Source of the DNA: Eledone cirrhosa
Taxonomy: Eukaryota
Length of the DNA: 64,000 nt
Assembly: GCA_964016885.1 (NCBI GenBank)
Contig: OZ024741.1
Location: 13,392,001 to 13,456,000 of the forward strand
Reading direction: 5' to 3'
Numbering within the stretch: position 1 is the stretch's first letter; each line of letters starts with the position of its first letter. This document shows positions 11,378-25,048 of this stretch, one piece after another. The notes under the pieces were generated by a model that ran no database searches, was not told the origin of the DNA, and saw nothing but the letters and a program-made list of their open reading frames with translations. The position numbers were made by a program, and so were the translations under genes.

Positions 11378-14358
11378 ATTATTGCAGGCGACCTAAATGG
11401 TCACGTTGGACAACATTGTGACGGCTATGACGGAATCTATGGAAGCTATGGGTTTGGTACTAGAAATGAGGAAGGCTCCAGAATCCTGGAATTCTGTGAC
11501 GCAAATAACCTAACTATCTGTAACACTAACTTCAAAAAACATGACAATCACCTGATCACCTATAGATCCGGGGAACACACAAGCCAGGTAGATTATATCC
11601 TTACCAGAAGACGTGACAGAGTGTCTGTTGTAAACACCAAATCCCTCCCCCATGAAGAATGCACCTCCCAACATAGACTCATAATTACTGACCTCATAGT
11701 CAGGACGAGACGTATCTATCCTCAGACGTAACTATCCTCGGGAGAAAAATATGAAGCTAAAGGACCCCACAGCCAGTAATAAATTTAAAAGCATATTACT
11801 TGATGCTTTCAACAGTAAAGAAGAGCAATTAGTCGTACAATATAGAGGAAAAGTGGGAACTCCTGAAAGCCAACCTGCTGAAGGCGGCAGATGAAGTCTG
11901 TGGCTGTAACAGGCCTATAGGCAGGAGGAGAGTAACGTGGTGGTGGAACAGTAAGGTGGAGGAGTCAATTAAGGCCAAAAAGCAGGCTTGGAAAGTATGG
12001 CGGGATGGGGGAAGTAGAGAAGACTATCAAGTGGCCAGGAAGACAAGTGTACTTCGCAAGACGGAAAGCAGAGGAAAGAAAGTTGAAGCATGTTCTACAA
12101 CGCGAGGACCAAATACGTGAGGTGTTCAGGATTGCTAGGCAATGTGTCAAGGAAAACCGTGATATTGTTGGGGAGAAGTGTGTCCATAATGATTGTGGTA
12201 TACTTGCCATCACTGACGCCGATAAGAAGGTAGCTTTTAAGTGTCACTACGAAAGGCTACTAAATGAGGAGAATAAATGGGAGAAAGACAGTCTCCCCCA
12301 CATCAATCCAATAGAGGGACCAGCAGTGCAAGTTGAAGGTAGTATAATAAGTAAGGCAATCAAAGATATGAAGACGGGCAAGGCGGCTGGGCCTTCGGAA
12401 ATAGTTGCTGAAATGCTGAAAGCATCTGGAACAGTGGGACACACCATGGTCTCCCGGATAGTAAACCAAGTCATACAGAATGGGGCCGTTCCGAAAGACT
12501 GGCGTAGCAGCAGCATCATTAACTGCTACAAGGGTAAAGGAGATGCCCTAGATAGGGGTAACTATAGGGCATTAAATTAATCGACTAGGTCATGAAGGTC
12601 ACAGAAAAAGTAATAGCGCAACTAATCAGAGAACGAATTGATCTAGATGAAATGCAGTTCGGGTTTGTGTCAGGTAAAAGTACCACAGACGCTCTTTTCA
12701 TTGTACGACAACTACAGGAGAAGTACCTAGCTAAAAGTAAACCCCTATACTTAGCTTTTGGCGACTTGGAGAAAGCCTTCGACAGAGTCCCCCGCTCCAT
12801 TATCTGGTGGGCTCTTAGAAAACTAGGTGTTGATGAATGGCTTGTGAGAGCTATACAAGCCATGTATAAAGAAACAGTCAGCAAGGTTAGAATTAACAAC
12901 GAATATAGTGAAAAGTTTAGCGTAAAAGTTGGTGTTCATCAGGGCTCCGTTATTAGCCCCCCCCCTCCTATTTATTATTGCCCTTCAGGCTATAACAGAG
13001 GAGTTCAAGACTGGCTGCCCATGGGAACTCCTATACGCTGATGATCTAACACTTAGAGCTGAATCAATGGCTGAACTAGAGAAGAAATTCCAATGGAAGC
13101 ATGGCCTATTATCAAAAGGCCTTAAAATCAACCTGTCTAAGACTAAACTTCTAGTATGTAGGAAGGAAAATAGGGCACTGGTCCCATCTGGGAAATGGCC
13201 ATGCTCAGTGTGTATGAAAGGAGTAAGCAGAAACTCCATTTTATGTCCCAAATGCAAAGTATGGGTGCATAAAAGATGTAGTGGGATCACAGGTAAGCTA
13301 ACTAAGAATATAGATTTTATATGTGGCCGGTGCTCTGGTGCAATAAGTAGTAGCAAGTGCCCACAGAATACTAGCCCATTCCATTGCACAGATGGTTCTA
13401 TAGAAATAGTGGACACCGTCTGTTAACTGGGTGACAAAATCAGCAGTGGTGGAGGGTGCTCTGAAAGTACAGTAGCTAGAGTCAGTACGGGATGGAAAAA
13501 GTTCAGAGAGCTTATACCACTATTAGCCGCTAAAGGTTTCTCTCTAAAAATGAAAGGCAGGCTGTATGATGCCTGCATACGAACAGCAATGTTACATGGC
13601 AGTGAGACATGGGCATTGTGTGCAGAGAATATACGCAGACTGGAGAGGAACGAAGCTTGCATGCTCCGCTGGATGTGTAATAGTAATATACGTGAACGGC
13701 AAAGCATAAATAAACTAAGTGAGAAATTAGGAATAAGAGGGATCAGATGCTGTTTACTCGAGAGAAGACTACGTTGGTATGCTCACGTGATGCGCATTAA
13801 AGACGACAGCTGTATAAAAAAGTGCAGGGCGATCAAAATAGACGGTAGCCTCGGAGTAGGCAGACCCAGAAAAACCTGGGCGACTTGATAAATTCCGACC
13901 TCACACACATACACCTCTCCAAGACAATGTCACTGGACCAAGATCTTTGGCGCTACACAGTCATACAGAAGACCCGCCTTGCCTAAGTGCAAAGCGAAAC
14001 CTACAGTCAGTAGGCACCTCTTACCAGAATACACCCCCGTCCCACTACCCCCACTCCACCCCAACGACCCCTTTCGATGTAAAGTTATGTTGGTGTCACA
14101 ACATCCAGTCCGAAATAAATGAGGTCGTGTAGGTGTCACAACAGAAAAACACAGTCCACGCTGTAACGTGGCCATATAGGTAATACGGTAAAAACCTCCC
14201 AGTCCACACTGTAAACATGGTTGGTGTTAAGAAGGGCATCCAGCCGTAGAAAATCCGCCAGACAGTCCTGTGCAAGACAACCAATCTTGCTTCAAGTGGG
14301 AAAATTCCCGTCCAAACCCATGCTAGCGTGGAAGATGGACGTTAAACGATGATGATGA
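11378..14358 (+). mobile_element. RTE-clade non-LTR retrotransposon, 5'-truncated and frameshifted (APE + RT + internal PHD finger)
   Basis: IIAGDLNGHVG, QVDYIL, SQHRL (AP endonuclease); KAAGPS, NYRA, QFGF, DLEKAFDRV, GVHQGS, YADD at 13034-13045; RRLRWYAHVMR...GRPRKTW; 3' UTR ending in GATGATGATG. Confidence 0.95.
13202..13333 (+). other. C4HC3 PHD-type zinc finger coding segment inside the RT
   Basis: CSVC-x10-CPKC-x4-H-x2-C-x14-CGRC. Confidence 0.85.
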
Positions 14359-14523
14359 AATGAAAATAGAAATTAATGTAAGCAAGAAGCCAACAGTAAT
14401 TCAGACATATAAGTGACTATATATATATATATATATGTTAGGTAACTCCAAAGGAAAAGCAAATGAAAAAAGAGTGCTCTATGTATATAACAGAGCTATT
14501 TATATAATTAAATATATATATAT

Positions 14524-14642
14524 ATCATCATCATCATCACCATTTTACGTCTGTTCTTCCACGTTAGCATGGGTTAGACAGGTTGTACTGTTGTGGGCAG
14601 TGTCCGGTCGGCTGACCATGTCTTCCACATATGGGAACTGAC
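14524..14642 (-). mobile_element. Short RTE 3' tail
   Basis: (CAT)n...ttccacgttagcatgggttagacagg. Confidence 0.75.
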
Positions 14643-14955
14643 TGTCTCTCTCTCTATATATATATATATAGACATGGTAGTGCTGGTGATATTCTAACAA
14701 TACTGAAGTAACATCTGTTAAAAGTTTCATTACTTGAAGAAAGGGAGAGAGATCTGTTAAAATGACTATAAATACACAGACTTGAGAGAAATCTCCAGAG
14801 CTGGTAAATTCCCTCTCATGACTCACTATCACCCCACTCTCTCACCCTCTCACTACCACCCCACTCTGTCACCCTCACTAACCCCATCACATTCCTCCTC
14901 TTTCCCTCCACAGCTCACCATTTCCATAAATATAAAGGAAAATACTATAACAGAA

Positions 14956-15135
14956 ACTACCACCACAACTACTGCTACTACTACTACCACCACCACCACC
15001 ACCACCACCACCACTACCACCACCACTACCACCACCACTACCACCACCACCACTACTTCTGCTGCTGCTGATACTAATACTGCTGCAACTACCACTACCA
15101 CTACTACTACTACTACTACTATTACTACTACTGTC
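14956..15135. repeat. (CAC/TAC)n trinucleotide repeat
   Basis: Direct observation. Confidence 0.9.
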
Positions 15136-15234
15136 ATCATAGCATGTGTGAACATGTGTATTGCTGATGATTGTGGTGGTAGTGGTGGTGGTGGTGGTGG
15201 TGGTTTTGTTGAAATGGTCACTTTAATTAAGTTC

Positions 15235-18200
15235 ATGATGATGATGGTAGAGGTAGTGGTGGTGATGACAGTGGTGATGATGATGGTAGAGATAGTGGTG
15301 GTGATGGTGGTAGAGATACTGGTGGTGATGACAGTGGTGATGATGATGGTAGAGATAGTGGTGGTGATGACAGCGGTGATGATGATGGTAGAGATAGTGG
15401 TGGTGATGATGGTAGAGATACTGGTGGTGATGATGATGGTAGAGATAGTGGTGGTGATGACAGTGGTGATGATGATGGTGGAGATACTGGTGGTGATGAT
15501 GGTAGAGATAGTGGTGGTGATGATGGTAGAGATAGTGGTGGTGATGACAGTGGTGATGATGATGGTAGAGATAGTGGTGGTGATGACAGTGGTGATGATG
15601 ATGGTAGAGATAGTGGTGGTGATGATGGTAGAGATAGTGGTGGTGATGACAGCGGTGATGATGATGGTAGAGATAGTGGTGGTGATGATGATGGTAGAGA
15701 TAGTGGTGGTGATGACAGCGGTGATGATGATGGTAGAGATACTGGTGGTGATGACAGTGGTGATGATGATGGTAGAGATAGTGGTGGTGATGACAACGGT
15801 GATGATGATGGTAGAGATAGTGGTGGTGATGATGGTAGAGATAGTGGTGGTGATGATGGTAGAGATACTGGTGGTGATGACAGCGGTGGTGATGATGGTA
15901 GAGATAGTGGTGGTGATGACAGCGGTGATGATGATGGTAGAGATAGTGGTGGTGATGACAGTGGTGATGATGGTGGTAGAGATAGTGGTGGTGATGGTGG
16001 TGGAGATACTGGTGGTGATGATGATGGTAGAGATACTGGTGGTGATGATGATGGTAGAGATAGTGGTGGTGATGATGATGGTAGAGATAGTGGTGGTGAT
16101 GACAGTGGTGATGATGATGGTAGAGATACTGGTGGTGATGATGATGATGGTAGAGATAGTGGTGGTGATGATGGTAGAGATACTGGTGGTGATGATGATG
16201 GTAGAGATAGTGGTGGTGATGATGGTAGAGATACTGGTGGTGATGATGATGGTAGAGATAGTGGTGGTGATGACAGTGGTGATGATGATGGTAGAGATAC
16301 TGGTGGTGATGATGATGGTAGAGATAGTGGTGGTGATGACAGTGGTGGTGATGATGGTAGAGATACTGGTGGTGATGACAGCGGTGATGATGATGGTAGA
16401 GATAGTGGTGGTGATGACAGTGGTCATGATGATGGTAGAGATACTGGTGGTGATGACAGTGGTGATGATGATGGTAGAGATAGTGGTGGTGATGACAGTG
16501 GTGATGATGATGGTAGAGATACTGGTGGTGATGACAACGGTGATGATGGTGGTAGAGATAGTGGTGGTGATGATGGTAGAGATACTGGTGGTGATGACAA
16601 CGGTGATGATGGTGGTAGAGATAGTGGTGGTGATGATGGTAGAGATAGTGGTGGTGATGATGATGGTAGAGATAGTGGTGGTGATGACAGTGGTGATGAT
16701 GATGGTAGAGATACTGGTGGTAATGACAGTGGTGATGATGGTGGTAGAGATACTGGTGGTGATGACAGTGGTGATGATGATGGTAGAGATAGTGGTGGTG
16801 ATGACAGTGGTGATGATGGTGGTAGAGATACTGGTGGTGATGACAGTGGTGATGATGATGGTAGAGATAGTGGTGGTGATGATGATGGTAGAGATAGTGG
16901 TGGTGATGACAGTGGTGATGATGATGGTAGAGATAGTGGTGGTGATGACAGTGGTGATGATGATGGTAGAGATAGTGGTGGTGATGACAGTGGTGATGAT
17001 GATGGTAGAGATACTGGTGGTGATGACAGCGGTGATGATGATGGTAGAGATAGTGGTGGTGATGACAGTGGTGGTGATGATGGTAGAGATAGTGGTGGTG
17101 ATGACAACGGTGATGATGGTGGTAGAGATACTGGTGGTGATGACAGTGGTGATGATGATGGTAGAGATAGTGGTGGTGATGATGATGGTAGAGATAGTGG
17201 TGGTGATGACAGTGGTGATGATGATGGTAGAGATACTGGTGGTGATGACAGCGGTGATGATGATGGTAGAGATAGTGGTGGTGATGACAGCGGCGGTGAT
17301 GATGGTAGAGATAGTGGTGGCGATGACAGCGGTGGTGATGATGGTAGAGATAGTGGTGGTGATGACAGTGGTGATGATGATGGTAGAGATAGTGGTGGTG
17401 ATGACAGTGGTGATGATGATGGTAGAGATAGTGGTGGTGATGATGATGGTAGAGATACTGGCGGTGATGACAGCGGTGATGATGATGGTAGAGATAGTGG
17501 TGGTGATGACAGCAGTGATGATGGTGGTAGAGATAGTGGTGGTGATGACAGTGGTGATGATGATGGTAGAGATAGTGGTGGTGATGACAGTGGTGATGAT
17601 GATGGTAGAGATAGTGGTGGTGATGACAACGGTGATGATGATGGTAGAGATAGTGGTGGTGATGACAACGGTGATGATGATGGTAGAGATAGTGGTGGTG
17701 ATGATGGTAGAGATAGTGGTGGTGATGACAGTGGTGATGATGATGGTAGAGATAGTGGTGGTGATGATGGTAGAGATACTGGTGGTGATGACAGTGGTGA
17801 TGATGATGGTAGAGATAGTGGTGGTGATGATGATGGTAGAGATACTGGTGGTGATGACAGCGGTGATGATGATGGTAGAGATAGTGGTGGTGATGACAAC
17901 GGTGATGATGATGGTAGAGATAGTGGTGGTGATGATGGTAGAGATAGTGGTGGTGATGACAGTGGTGATGATGATGGTAGAGATAGTGGTGGTGATGATG
18001 GTAGAGATACTGGTGGTGATGACAGTGGTGATGATGATGGTAGAGATAGTGGTGGTGATGATGATGGTAGAGATACTGGTGGTGATGACAGCGGTGATGA
18101 TGATGGTAGAGATAGTGGTGGTGATGATGGTAGAGATAGTGGTGGTGATGACAGCGGTGATGATGGTGGTAGAGATAGTGGTGGTGATGACAGTGGTGAT

Positions 18201-20685
18201 GATGATGGTAGAGATAGTGGTGGTGATGACAACGGTGATGATGATGGTAGAGATAGTGGTGGTGATGATGGTAGAGATAGTGGTGGTGATGACAGCGGTG
18301 ATGATGATGGTAGAGATAGTGGTGGTGATGACAGCGGTGATGATGGTGGTAGAGATAGTGGTGGTGATGACAGTGGTGATGATGATGGTAGAGATAGTGG
18401 TGGTGATGACAGTGGTGGTGATGATGGTAGAGATAGTGGTGGTGATGACAGTGGTGATGATGATGGTAGAGATAGTGGTGGTGATGACAGTGGTGATGAT
18501 GATGGTAGAGATAGTGGTGGTGATGACTGTGGTGATGATGATGGTAGAGATAGTGGTGGTGATGATGATGGTAGAGATAGTGGTGGTGATGATGATGGTA
18601 GAGATAGTGGTGGTGATGACAGTGGTGATGATGGTGGTAGAGATACTGGTGGTGATGACAGTGGTGATGATGATGGTAGAGATAGTGGTGGTGATGACAG
18701 TGGTGATGATGATGGTAGAGATAGTGGTGGTGATGACAGTGGTGATGATGATGGTAGAGATAGTGGTGGTGATGACAGTGCTGATGATGGTGGTAGAGAT
18801 ACTGGTGGTGATGATGGTGGTGATGATGATGGTAGAGATAGTGGTGGTGATGACAGTGGTGATGATGATGGTAGAGATAGTGGTGGTGATGACAGTGGTG
18901 ATGATGATGGTAGAGATAGTGGTGGTGATGACAGTGGTGATGATGATGGTAGAGATAGTTGTGGTGATGACGGTGCTGATGATGATGGTAGAGATAGTGG
19001 TGGTGATGACAGTGGTGATGATGATGGTAGAGATAGTGGTGGTGATGACAGTGGTGGTGATGATGGTAGAGATAGTGGTGGTGATGACAGTGGTGATGAT
19101 GGTGGTAGAGATAGTGGTGGTGATGATGGTAGAGATACTGGTGGTGATGACAGCGGTGATGATGATGGTAGAGATAGTGGTGGTGATGACAGTGGTGGTG
19201 ATGATGGTAGAGATAGTGGTGGTGATGACAGTGGTGATGATGGTGGTAGAGATACTGGTGGTGATGACAGTGGTGGTGATGATGGTAGAGATAGTGGTGG
19301 TGATGACAGTGGTGATGATGATGGTAGAGATAGTGGTGGTGATGACAGTGGTGATGATGGTGGTAGAGATAGTGGTGATGATGACAGTGGTGATGATGAT
19401 GGTAGAGATAGTGGTGATGATGGTGGTAGAGATAGTGGTGGTGATGATGGTAGAGATAGTGGTGGTGATGGTGGTAGAGATAGTGGTGATGATGATGGTA
19501 GAGATAGTGGTGGTGATGATGGTAGAGATAGTGGTGGTGATGACAGTGGTGATGATGGTGGTAGAGATAGTGGTGGTGATGACAACGGTGATGATGGTGG
19601 TAGAGATACTGGTGGTGATGACAGTGGTGATGATGATGGTAGAGATAGTGGTGGTGATGATGATGGTAGAGATAGTGGTGGTGATGACAGTGGTGATGAT
19701 GATGGTAGAGATAGTGGTGGTGATGATGGTGGTAGAGATAGTGGTGGTGATGACAGTGGTGATGATGGTGGTAGAGATAGTGGTGGTGATGACAGTGGTG
19801 GTGATGATGGTAGAGATAGTGGTGGTGATGACAGTGGTGATGATGGTGGTAGAGATACTGGTGGTGATGATGATGGTAGAGATAGTGGTGGTGATGATGG
19901 TAGAGATACTGGTGGTGATGACAGCGGTGATGATGGTGGTAGAGATACTGGTGGTGATGACAGTGGTGATGATGGTGGTAGAGATAGTGGTGGTGATGAC
20001 AGTGGTGATGATGATGGTAGAGATACTGGTGGTGATGACAGTGGTGGTGATGATGGTAGAGATAGTGGTGGTGATGATGATGGTAGAGATAGTGGTGGTG
20101 ATGATGGTAGAGATACTGGTGGTGATGACAACGGTGATGATGGTGGTAGAGATACTGGTGGTGATGATGGTGGTAGAGATAGTGGTGGTGATGACAGTGG
20201 TGATGATGATGGTAGAGATACTGGTGGTGATGACAGTGGTGATGATGATGGTAGAGATAGTGGTGGTGATGACAGCGGTGATGATGATGGTAGAGATAGT
20301 GGTGGTGATGACAGTGGTGGTGATGATGGTAGAGATAGTGGTGGTGATGATGATGGTAGAGATAGTGGTGGTGATGACAGTGGTGGTGATGATGGTAGAG
20401 ATAGTGGTGGTGATGACAGTGGTGGTGATGATGGTAGAGATAGTGGTGGTGATGATGATGGTAGAGATAGTGGTGGTGATGACAGTGGTGGTGATGATGG
20501 TAGAGATAGTGGTGGTGATGATGATGGTAGAGATAGTGGTGGTGATGACAGTGGTGGTGATGATGGTAGAGATAGTGGTGGTAATGATGGTAGAGATAGT
20601 GGTGGTGATGACAGTGGTGATGATGGTAGAGATACTGGTGGTGATGACAGTGGTGATGATGATGGTAGAGATAGTGGTGGTGATG

Positions 20686-20687
<2 letters not shown>
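15235..20687 (+). repeat. Triplet-phased GTG/ATG minisatellite (24/27/39-bp units)
   Basis: gtagagata(g/c)tggtggtgatg[acagtggtgatgatg]atg; accounts for the 1.4-2k aa spurious ORFs. Confidence 0.95.
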
Positions 20688-20726
<39 letters not shown>

Positions 20727-20827
20727 GATACTCATATATATATTAATATAATGTTCACACAAATACATATACAGTCACACACACATACATATAGTCATGT
20801 ATATATATATAATATAATATATATTAT

Positions 20828-21011
20828 TGTTTCTACTTTAGGCACAAGGCCAGCAAATACCCAGTACATTACTGGTACTTTATTTTATCGACCTCGTAAG
20901 GATGAAAGGCAAAGTTAATCTTGGGGGGTATTTGAACTCAGATTGTAAAGGGACGTAACTCCATGCTGGAAAGCATGGCGTCCGACCCTCTACCGATACT
21001 GCCAATCCACC
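20828..21011 (-). mobile_element. tRNA-type SINE, family A
   Basis: Reverse complement of the 9426-9607 type (tttgaactcag = B box). Confidence 0.8.
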
Positions 21012-21013
21012 GT

Positions 21014-21209
21014 TATATATATATATATATAATGTTGGGTATATAATATATATATATATATATATAATGTTGGGTATATAATATATATATATATATATAT
21101 AATGTTGGGTATATAATATATATATATATATATAATGTTGGGTATATAATATATATATATATATATAATATTGGGTATATAATATTATATATATATATAT
21201 AATGTTGGG

Positions 21210-21250
<41 letters not shown>

Positions 21251-21258
21251 ATGTTGGG

Positions 21259-21291
<33 letters not shown>

Positions 21292-21390
21292 ATGTTGGGT
21301 ATATAATATATATATATATATATAATGGTGGGTATATAATATATATATATAATGTTGGGTATATAATATTATATATATATATATATAATA
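21014..21390. repeat. (TA)n-based minisatellite with aatgttgggtatataat core
   Basis: About 9 cores separated by variable-length TA runs. Confidence 0.9.
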
Positions 21391-21622
21391 CATACAGACA
21401 CAGTTTCAAGAATGTATGTTATTGTAATTGAACTAAAAAAATGTATGTATGTATATATACACATCTGTTCATATATGGGTATATACTCAGTTATGTGTGC
21501 GCATATGCATGTACACACACACTCACACTCACACACTAATATAATTTTGTGTATATAGATGTGTGCTCATACACAGTTGTGTGTATATATCTATTTATAT
21601 ACAGATGTACTTTTCATTTCAC

Positions 21623-21690
21623 ACTGTCCCCCTCCCTCTATATACTGTCCCCCTCCCTCTATATACTGTCCCCCTCCCTCTATATACTGC
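21623..21690 (+). repeat. 21-bp repeat x3
   Basis: actgtccccctccctctatat. Confidence 0.85.
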
Positions 21691-21744
21691 CCTCCATCAA
21701 CTCCAGATATATGTTTACAAGTTTGTATGTGGTTTCAAACAATT

Positions 21745-23308
21745 CCACCACTACCACCACTACTACCACCATCACTACCACCAACACCACCACTACCACC
21801 ACCACCACCACCACTACCACCACCACCACCACTACTACTACTACCACCACCAACACCACTACTACTATCACCACCACTACCACCAACACTACCACCACCA
21901 CTACCACCAACACTACCACCACTACCGCCACCACTACCACCACCACTACCACCACCACTACCACCACCACTGAAACCACCAACACTACCACCAACACTAC
22001 TACCATCACTACCACCACCACCACCAACACCACTACTACCACCACCACCACCAACACCACTACCACCACCATCACCACTACCACATCCACCACTAACACC
22101 ACCACCACTACCACCACCACTACCACCAAAACCACTACCACCAACACTACCACCACCACTACCACCAACACCACTACCACCACACCACTACCACCACCAC
22201 CACCACCACCACATCCACCACTAACACCACCACCACTACCACCAACACCACTACTACCACCACTACCACCAACACCACTACTACCACTACTACTACCACC
22301 ATTACCACTACCACCACCACCAACACCACTACTACCACCACCACTACCACCAAGCCCACTACCACCACCACTACCACCACCACTACCACCACCAACACTA
22401 CCACCAACACTACTACCACCACTACCACCACCAACACCACTACTACCACCACCACCACCAACACCACTACCACCACCATCACCACCACCACATCCACCAC
22501 TACCACCACCACCACTACCACCAACACCACTACCACCACCACCACTACCACCAACACCACTACCACCAACACCACTACCACTACCACCACCACCACATTC
22601 ACCACTAACACCACCACCACTACCACCAACACCACTACCAACACCACTACTACCACCACCACTACCACCACTACCAACACCACTACTACCACCACCACTA
22701 CCACCAACCCCACCACCACCACCACCACCAACACCACTACTACCACCACCACCACCACCACTACCACTACTACCACCACCACTACCACCACCACTACCAC
22801 TACCACCACCACTACCACCACCACCACTACAAGCCACACCACCACCACCACCACCACTACTACTACCACCACCACCACCACTACCACCAACCCCACTACC
22901 ACCACCACCACCACCACCACCACCACCACCGCTACCACCACTACCACCACCACCAACACCACTACTACCACCACTACCTCTACCACCACTACTACCACCA
23001 CTACCACTACCACCACTTCTACCACCAACCCCACTACCACTACCACCACCACCACCACTACCACCACCACTATCACCACCACCACCACCACTACCAGCAC
23101 CACTACCACCACCACTACCACCACCACCACTACCACCACCACCATCACCGCTACCACCACTACCAGCACCACTACCACCACCACCACCATCACCGCTACC
23201 ACCATCACCGCTACCACCATCACCGCTACCACCATCACCACTACCACCACTACCACCACCACTACTACTACCCCACTACCACTAACACCACCACCACCAC
23301 TACCACTA
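21745..23308. repeat. (CAC/TAC/AAC)n compound trinucleotide repeat
   Basis: Direct observation; gives poly-T/P/G/V spurious ORFs. Confidence 0.95.
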
Positions 23309-23398
23309 TTTCTGTCATGAAATACGTCAGATCTTATTTTTAACTTAGTTTAACTGAAATTCCTAACTACACACACACATACATGTACACACACATAC

Positions 23399-23429
<31 letters not shown>

Positions 23430-23576
23430 TAAATGGGTACTTGCACAGCTACACACACACACACAATTTGGTAGATGCACAGCTATACATAGACACACAT
23501 ATATGTGAGTGTATGTTAATCCCAGTTTTTTGGATTAGATGCACCATATGCTGGTGTGTTGTATGAGGCAAGTAAT

Positions 23577-23670
23577 AGGTTGGCTCTAGGAAGGGCATCC
23601 AACTGTAAACATCGCAAAACCTCCTGTCCAACCCATGCCGGCATGGAAACGTGGATATAAAAGTGATGTT
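23577..23670 (+). mobile_element. Short RTE-type 3' tail
   Basis: ggttggctctaggaagggcatccaactgtaaa...acccatgccggcatggaaacgtgga. Confidence 0.7.
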
Positions 23671-23680
23671 ACATATATAT

Positions 23681-24085
23681 ATCATCATCATAATTGTTTA
23701 ATGTCCCATTTGAGGCAAGGTGGTTCAGGTGACCATGTCTTGCTCATATAAAACTGTTTCTGGCTTGGTTTCTACAGCTGGATGCCCTTCTTAACACCAA
23801 CCACATTTACAGTATGTACTGGGTGCTTTCTGTCATAAGACCTACACAACCTCTCTACTGTACGTACTGGATGCTTTTTGTCATGACACCTACATGACCA
23901 CTCTAGTGTGGGCTGTGTGCTTTTTGTTGTGACACCCTAACAACCACTTTACAGTGTGTCCTGGGTGCTTTTTGTTGTGGCACCTTCATGACCACTTTAC
24001 AGTGTGGTCTGGATGCTTTTTGTCATGAGACCCTCACGACCACTTTACAGTGTAGGCCGTATGCTTTTTTGTGATACCAATACAA
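23681..24085 (-). mobile_element. RTE-type 3' tail carrying about 6 diverged 48-bp units
   Basis: (CAT)n...ctggatgcccttc...accaaccacatttacagt, then repeated gtgctttttgtcatgacacctacatgaccac. Confidence 0.8.
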
Positions 24086-24098
24086 CTTTATATATATA

Positions 24099-24300
24099 GG
24101 CGCATGGCTTAGTGGTTAAAGAGTTGGATTCACAATTGTGAGCAAGACACTTGATTTCACGTTGCTTCTTCTGTCAGCTGTTGTGACTGGTAGATAGTAT
24201 CAGCAATGGAAAGACCAATGGAAACAATATTTCTTTGGTCTGATTTGACAAGTTTCTCTCCACTCAGCTACTGAATGAGGTCTGGGATCTTGTCGATTGA
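24099..24300 (+). mobile_element. Degenerate tRNA-derived SINE head
   Basis: ggcgcaTGGCTTAGTGGttaaagag A-box, then gagcaagacacttgatttcacgttgc. Confidence 0.5.
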
Positions 24301-24310
24301 TCAGAGCGAA

Positions 24311-24372
<62 letters not shown>

Positions 24373-25048
24373 TTGTGAGGTTTTTGATATGAAATCGTGT
24401 GTCGAAACAAATATTGTTATAGACTATATATATATATTTATATCTGTATTTTTAACCGTGGGTCAATCAATGATAAACGTTGATTGCCGAATAAATTAAC
24501 TATGGAGACATAAAAGATACAGAAGCGAAAACCAACCAAACAGTGAGTGTGTTCTGTTATTATTTCTGGCAAAATTATTACAACAATATGACCCTTCCCA
24601 AGTATAACAATATATATATGTACATACATATACACATACATATGTTAGGTGTGTAACAGCAGTTACGGGTGGCACACAGTTTGAAGCACTCAATACTGTT
24701 ATAAGGTATGTTTCATTAATGAATCAAAATAGAGCATATTTAATTAAAAATGCAATCATGAAGGGTTAAATATATTTGGTCAATTTATTTTAAAAGGCAA
24801 TGGCTCGTCATGTATTTTGTTACCCTTAGTGGTTATTTTCTTTCGAAGTTGATCTACCAATTTTATTTAAATAACGTTGGCAACCATATTTCATGGTCGC
24901 AGTAGTTTGAATGAATAGTCAGAGATGTTTCATATTTCCAGACACTATGTGAAGTTTTTACTACATAGTTTCTACCTCCAGTTAGATCACCATGGCAATA
25001 TTTGGATAACAATTTTTTCTCTTTGATATTCACACATCATTACTTCTT

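Noticed and set aside
14782-20768. 1981/1971/1830/1429-aa ORFs as mucin-, His-rich or extensin-like genes
   Set aside because: Open in several frames on both strands because of triplet satellite composition; no unique domain, signal peptide or splice evidence
21014-21390. Constant core with variable spacers resembling a repeat-spacer array or telomeric repeat
   Set aside because: Spacers are only variable-length TA runs; ttgggt is not a tandem TTAGGG tract
21549-23285. Proline-rich (formin/extensin-like) 578-aa ORF
   Set aside because: Translation of a (CAC/TAC)n microsatellite
24099-24145. tRNA gene
   Set aside because: Only an A-box-like 5' part; no T-arm or full cloverleaf, so a SINE head
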